A DNA stretch of 25,690 nt from a virus (Duplodnaviria; Caudoviricetes), in IMG/VR virus record IMGVR_UViG_3300025066_000136, positions 1 to 25,690 of that record, one strand, 5' to 3'. The notes under the pieces were generated by a model. It did not search any database. It was not told the origin of the DNA and was given only the letters and a program-made list of their open reading frames with translations. A program made the translations under genes and the position numbers. Below are positions 23,026-25,690 of the stretch, piece by piece; the stretch's first letter is position 1, and every line of letters begins with the position of its first letter.

Positions 23026-23721
23026 ATGAATGTAACTGATTTAAAAGCAGATGTAGACTTTTTGTGCGGTTCTACCTCTGCAACATACCCAGATGCAGAT
23101 AAGATTAGAAACATTAATATTGCTTACCAAGATGTAGCCCGAACTATTTGGGAATCTGCTGACGGTTGGCAATATGACGATTCTAATGCAACAACCTTAC
23201 CAATCGCTAAGGCTAATATGGTGCATACCCAGCAGGATTACTCTATACCTTCTACAGCTCAGAGAATACAGCGTGTAGAGGTTAAAGATTCCGCAGGTAA
23301 TTTTAAGAAGCTAAAGCAGGTTGATATACACGATGTAACTATCGCTATGGGTGAATTTAATGAGACACCAGGACTACCAGTCTATTACGATGTGGTTGGC
23401 CGTTCTTTGATGTTATATCCGACACCAGCATCAGGGAGTGTAACTTTATCAGCAGGTTTGCAGTTGTACTTTGATAGGGATATTGAGGACTTTGCAGTAT
23501 CAGCTTCAACTGAAACACCAGGGTTTGCAAAACCATTCCACAGATTACTTTCTTATGCAGCTTCAATAGATTTTGTACGAGATGACAATGAAAAGAGAGT
23601 ATTGGCAGAACAGAAGAAACGACTATCTGATGGTCTTACAAGATTCTATGGAAAGCGTAACGTAGAGTACAAATCAACGATTAAGCCTGCTGGTAAGAAG
23701 AGGTGGCGACAATACTTGTAA
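23026..23721 (+). CDS. Head-to-tail adaptor protein
   Basis: IRNINIAYQDV helix, WQYDD, QQDYSIP, G.P.YY, LYPTP and P.F..PFHRLL.Y.A pattern of podovirus adaptors; position before tail genes. Confidence 0.75.
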   Translation: MNVTDLKADVDFLCGSTSATYPDADKIRNINIAYQDVARTIWESADGWQYDDSNATTLPIAKANMVHTQQDYSIPSTAQRIQRVEVKDSAGNFKKLKQVDIHDVTIAMGEFNETPGLPVYYDVVGRSLMLYPTPASGSVTLSAGLQLYFDRDIEDFAVSASTETPGFAKPFHRLLSYAASIDFVRDDNEKRVLAEQKKRLSDGLTRFYGKRNVEYKSTIKPAGKKRWRQYL

Positions 23722-23723
23722 TT

Positions 23724-23984
23724 ATGACAAGCTGGAACGAACAAACAAAAAATAGTACGTCATTCACAAACTGCGAATTAGACAGTCAGACACTCTGGAG
23801 TGACCCGCAAACAACATGGGCTGACTCAGGAGCGTTCTGGGCAGGAGGTATCTCTTGGATTGATACAGGTAAGAGCTTACAGTTATTAATGATAGATGAT
23901 ACATATTTATTTGAAATAGATTCACTTGGTCACAATCTAATCATTGACGATGCAAGTGCATGGACTAACAGAATTAAAAATTAA
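23724..23984 (+). CDS. Small Trp-rich putative virion protein (86 aa)
   Basis: Start at ATG 23724; spaced Trp residues (WNE, WSD, WAD, WAG, WID, WTN); within the tail operon. Confidence 0.6.
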   Translation: MTSWNEQTKNSTSFTNCELDSQTLWSDPQTTWADSGAFWAGGISWIDTGKSLQLLMIDDTYLFEIDSLGHNLIIDDASAWTNRIKN

Positions 23985-23986
23985 TT

Positions 23987-25045
23987 ATGGCTACAAATTT
24001 CCCAACAGGATTACAGGACTTAGACCCAACTCGTGGTACAGATAACGAGAGGCTTGATAGTCCCAATCATGCAACACACCATGAAACAGAAGATGATACT
24101 ATTGAAGCCTTGCAAGCCAAGGTGGGTATTGATAGTTCCGCAGATACTACTTCCTTAGACTATAAATTGAAAGATTCTGGTTCTATAGACCCAGGACACA
24201 AGCACACACCATCCACATCACTAAACACCAGTGGTACTCCAGGGGCGGGTACTTTTTTAAGAGGAGATGATTACTGGTCTACAGCACTTATCACAGATGT
24301 TCAAATTTTCACTTCTGGTGGTACTTGGACTAAACCAGCAGATGCGGAAACTGTAACCCTTATTGCTATTGGAGGTGGTGGAGGTGGTGCTAGACCAACT
24401 AATGTTGGTAATACTACCTATGGTATAGGAGGAGGTGGTGGTGGCGGGGGAGGTCTTTCAATACTGACACTAAATGCTGATATTGCTGGTGCTACTGAGA
24501 CAGTAACCTTGGGTTCAGGTGGTAGTGGAGGGACTACAAATGGAGATGCTGGTGATGCTGGTGGCGACACATCATTCGGGTCTTTGGTCTATGCTCGTGG
24601 CGGAGGAGGCGGAAGTGGTAGAACTGCTGGGGCTGGAGGGGTTGGTCTATATACTGGTGGAACTGGTGGAACTGGTGCGACTATGGGTGCGGATGATGCT
24701 GTTGCTGCAGTAGACACATTGTTTGCCCCTGCGGGTGGTGGAGCAGGAACTTCACAAAATAATCATAATAATGCAGATGGTGCAGATATATCTGGCCCTA
24801 TAGAGAGGGCGGGTGGAACATCCAGTGGGGATGCAGGTGAGAGTTCAGCTGCCAATGATGCCAATGGTGGTGGTGGAGGTGCTGGAGGAACTGGGGGTGT
24901 TGGAGGAGCACCAGATGGCTCTGCAGGAGGTGCTGGAGGTAACTATGGAGCTGGCGGGGGAGGAGGAGGAGGTTGTGGTACGGACGGTACTTCGGGCAAC
25001 GGTGGAGATGGAGCCGATGGTATCTTGATTGTAATTACAAACTAA
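23987..25045 (+). CDS. Glycine-rich tail fibre or receptor-binding-type protein
   Basis: MATNFPTGL...IEALQAKVG anchor, DPGHKH, TFLRGD..W, QIFTSGGTWTKP and polyglycine repeats ending GGDGADGILIVIT. Confidence 0.8.
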   Translation: MATNFPTGLQDLDPTRGTDNERLDSPNHATHHETEDDTIEALQAKVGIDSSADTTSLDYKLKDSGSIDPGHKHTPSTSLNTSGTPGAGTFLRGDDYWSTALITDVQIFTSGGTWTKPADAETVTLIAIGGGGGGARPTNVGNTTYGIGGGGGGGGGLSILTLNADIAGATETVTLGSGGSGGTTNGDAGDAGGDTSFGSLVYARGGGGGSGRTAGAGGVGLYTGGTGGTGATMGADDAVAAVDTLFAPAGGGAGTSQNNHNNADGADISGPIERAGGTSSGDAGESSAANDANGGGGGAGGTGGVGGAPDGSAGGAGGNYGAGGGGGGGCGTDGTSGNGGDGADGILIVITN

Positions 25046-25054
25046 GAATTAAAC

Positions 25055-25690
25055 ATGGCTTACGATTCAAATAAAAAAGGAACAGAATTAGACGCATTAA
25101 CATCCTTAGATGATGGAGATGTTATTATCGTCTCTGACTTAGATGATTCTGGTAGAGCAAAGAAGATTACAGCAGGAAATTTAGCTGATGACCTATTTGC
25201 TGACACAACAGCACTAGACTCTGCTGGTATTTATCGTACTGGTAGCACAGATGTGGCTGTGGCAGATGGTGGTACTAATATATCTTCTTATACAAAAGGG
25301 GACATCTTAGTAGCAACTGGAGCTACTACTCTAGCTAAGTTAGGGGTTGGTGCCAACGACACGGTGCTGAAAGCCGATAGTGGAGAATCTTCTGGAGTAA
25401 AATGGGCAGGAGCAGCTAATACTCCAACGGTTGTTGTTTATGAAGTTGGAGATTCCCCTGCCACATGGACAAAGGCGGATTACTCAGGTTTGGTCTATGT
25501 AGAAACAGAGGTAGTTGGTGGAGGGGGTGGTGGTGGTGGTAATAACGATGATAACGCTGGTTCTGGTGGGGGTGGTGCTGGTGGTTATTCTAAAAAAACT
25601 ATCGCCGTGGCCGACCTGGGAGCAACTGAGACTGTTACTGTTGGGGCGGCTGGAACTGCTGGGATTAGTAGTGGTGGTGCTGGTGGAGTG
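25055..25690 (+). CDS. Second glycine-rich tail fibre-type protein (3'-truncated by the window)
   Basis: Open from ATG 25055 to the window end: MAYDSNKK..., VAVADGGT...YTKGDILVA...LAKLGVG, TWTK, VGGGGGGG, ATETVTVG. Confidence 0.8.
   Translation, partial: MAYDSNKKGTELDALTSLDDGDVIIVSDLDDSGRAKKITAGNLADDLFADTTALDSAGIYRTGSTDVAVADGGTNISSYTKGDILVATGATTLAKLGVGANDTVLKADSGESSGVKWAGAANTPTVVVYEVGDSPATWTKADYSGLVYVETEVVGGGGGGGGNNDDNAGSGGGGAGGYSKKTIAVADLGATETVTVGAAGTAGISSGGAGGV

Noticed and set aside
7694-23723. Longer starts given by the ORF track (7694, 9643, 10395, 20245, 21878, 22383, 23703; also 1976 and 6386)
   Set aside because: Downstream ATGs fit family N-termini, stop-start coupling and A-rich context better.
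889-25028. Antisense and alternate-frame ORFs in the track (e.g. 889-1092, 3190-3558, 5252-5593, 6402-6875, 7415-7666, 13222-13500, 16155-16409, 17273-17635, 24519-24713, 24813-25028)
   Set aside because: They overlap better-supported genes, lack motifs and look like shadow frames.
1-25690. Alternative genetic code (TGA or TAG recoding)
   Set aside because: Conserved genes are full length under code 11, and both TAG and TGA end genes at natural boundaries (e.g. capsid TAG, ATGA overlaps at 4811 and 19032).
1-25690. Integrase, repressor, lysis genes, IS elements, introns or inteins, DGR
   Set aside because: No supporting motifs in this window, so lifestyle cannot be determined from it.

Overview
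This window is about 25.7 kb of an AT-rich tailed dsDNA phage (Caudoviricetes) with a P22-like podovirus head module. From left to right it holds: a replication initiator with internal repeats; small early/middle genes, including an SSB-like protein; an SPFH/prohibitin, membrane-anchored HEXXH peptidase and type IV pilin-like trio; RusA-like and HNH nucleases; a lone glucose-1-P thymidylyltransferase; and a probable TerS. Next come an opposite-strand cassette of eight tiny genes and about 630 bp of structured non-coding DNA, then TerL, portal, scaffold and major capsid. A 6.1-kb block of eight genes, seven of them glycan enzymes (two GT-B proteins, DUF4910, NeuA-like, NeuB, LicD, methyltransferase), sits between the capsid and head-tail adaptor genes, followed by Gly-rich tail proteins. 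The absence of Shine-Dalgarno sites, the TGnTATAAT promoters and the pilin type suggest a Patescibacteria (CPR) host (inference). The best candidate novel system is a nonulosonate (sialic-acid-like) glycosylation pathway inside the virion operon, paired with a repeated [VIL]-S-A motif in the capsid protein. Other leads are the phage pilin module, DnaA boxes at four promoter regions, and several structured RNAs. All family calls come from motif recognition by eye; no searches were run.
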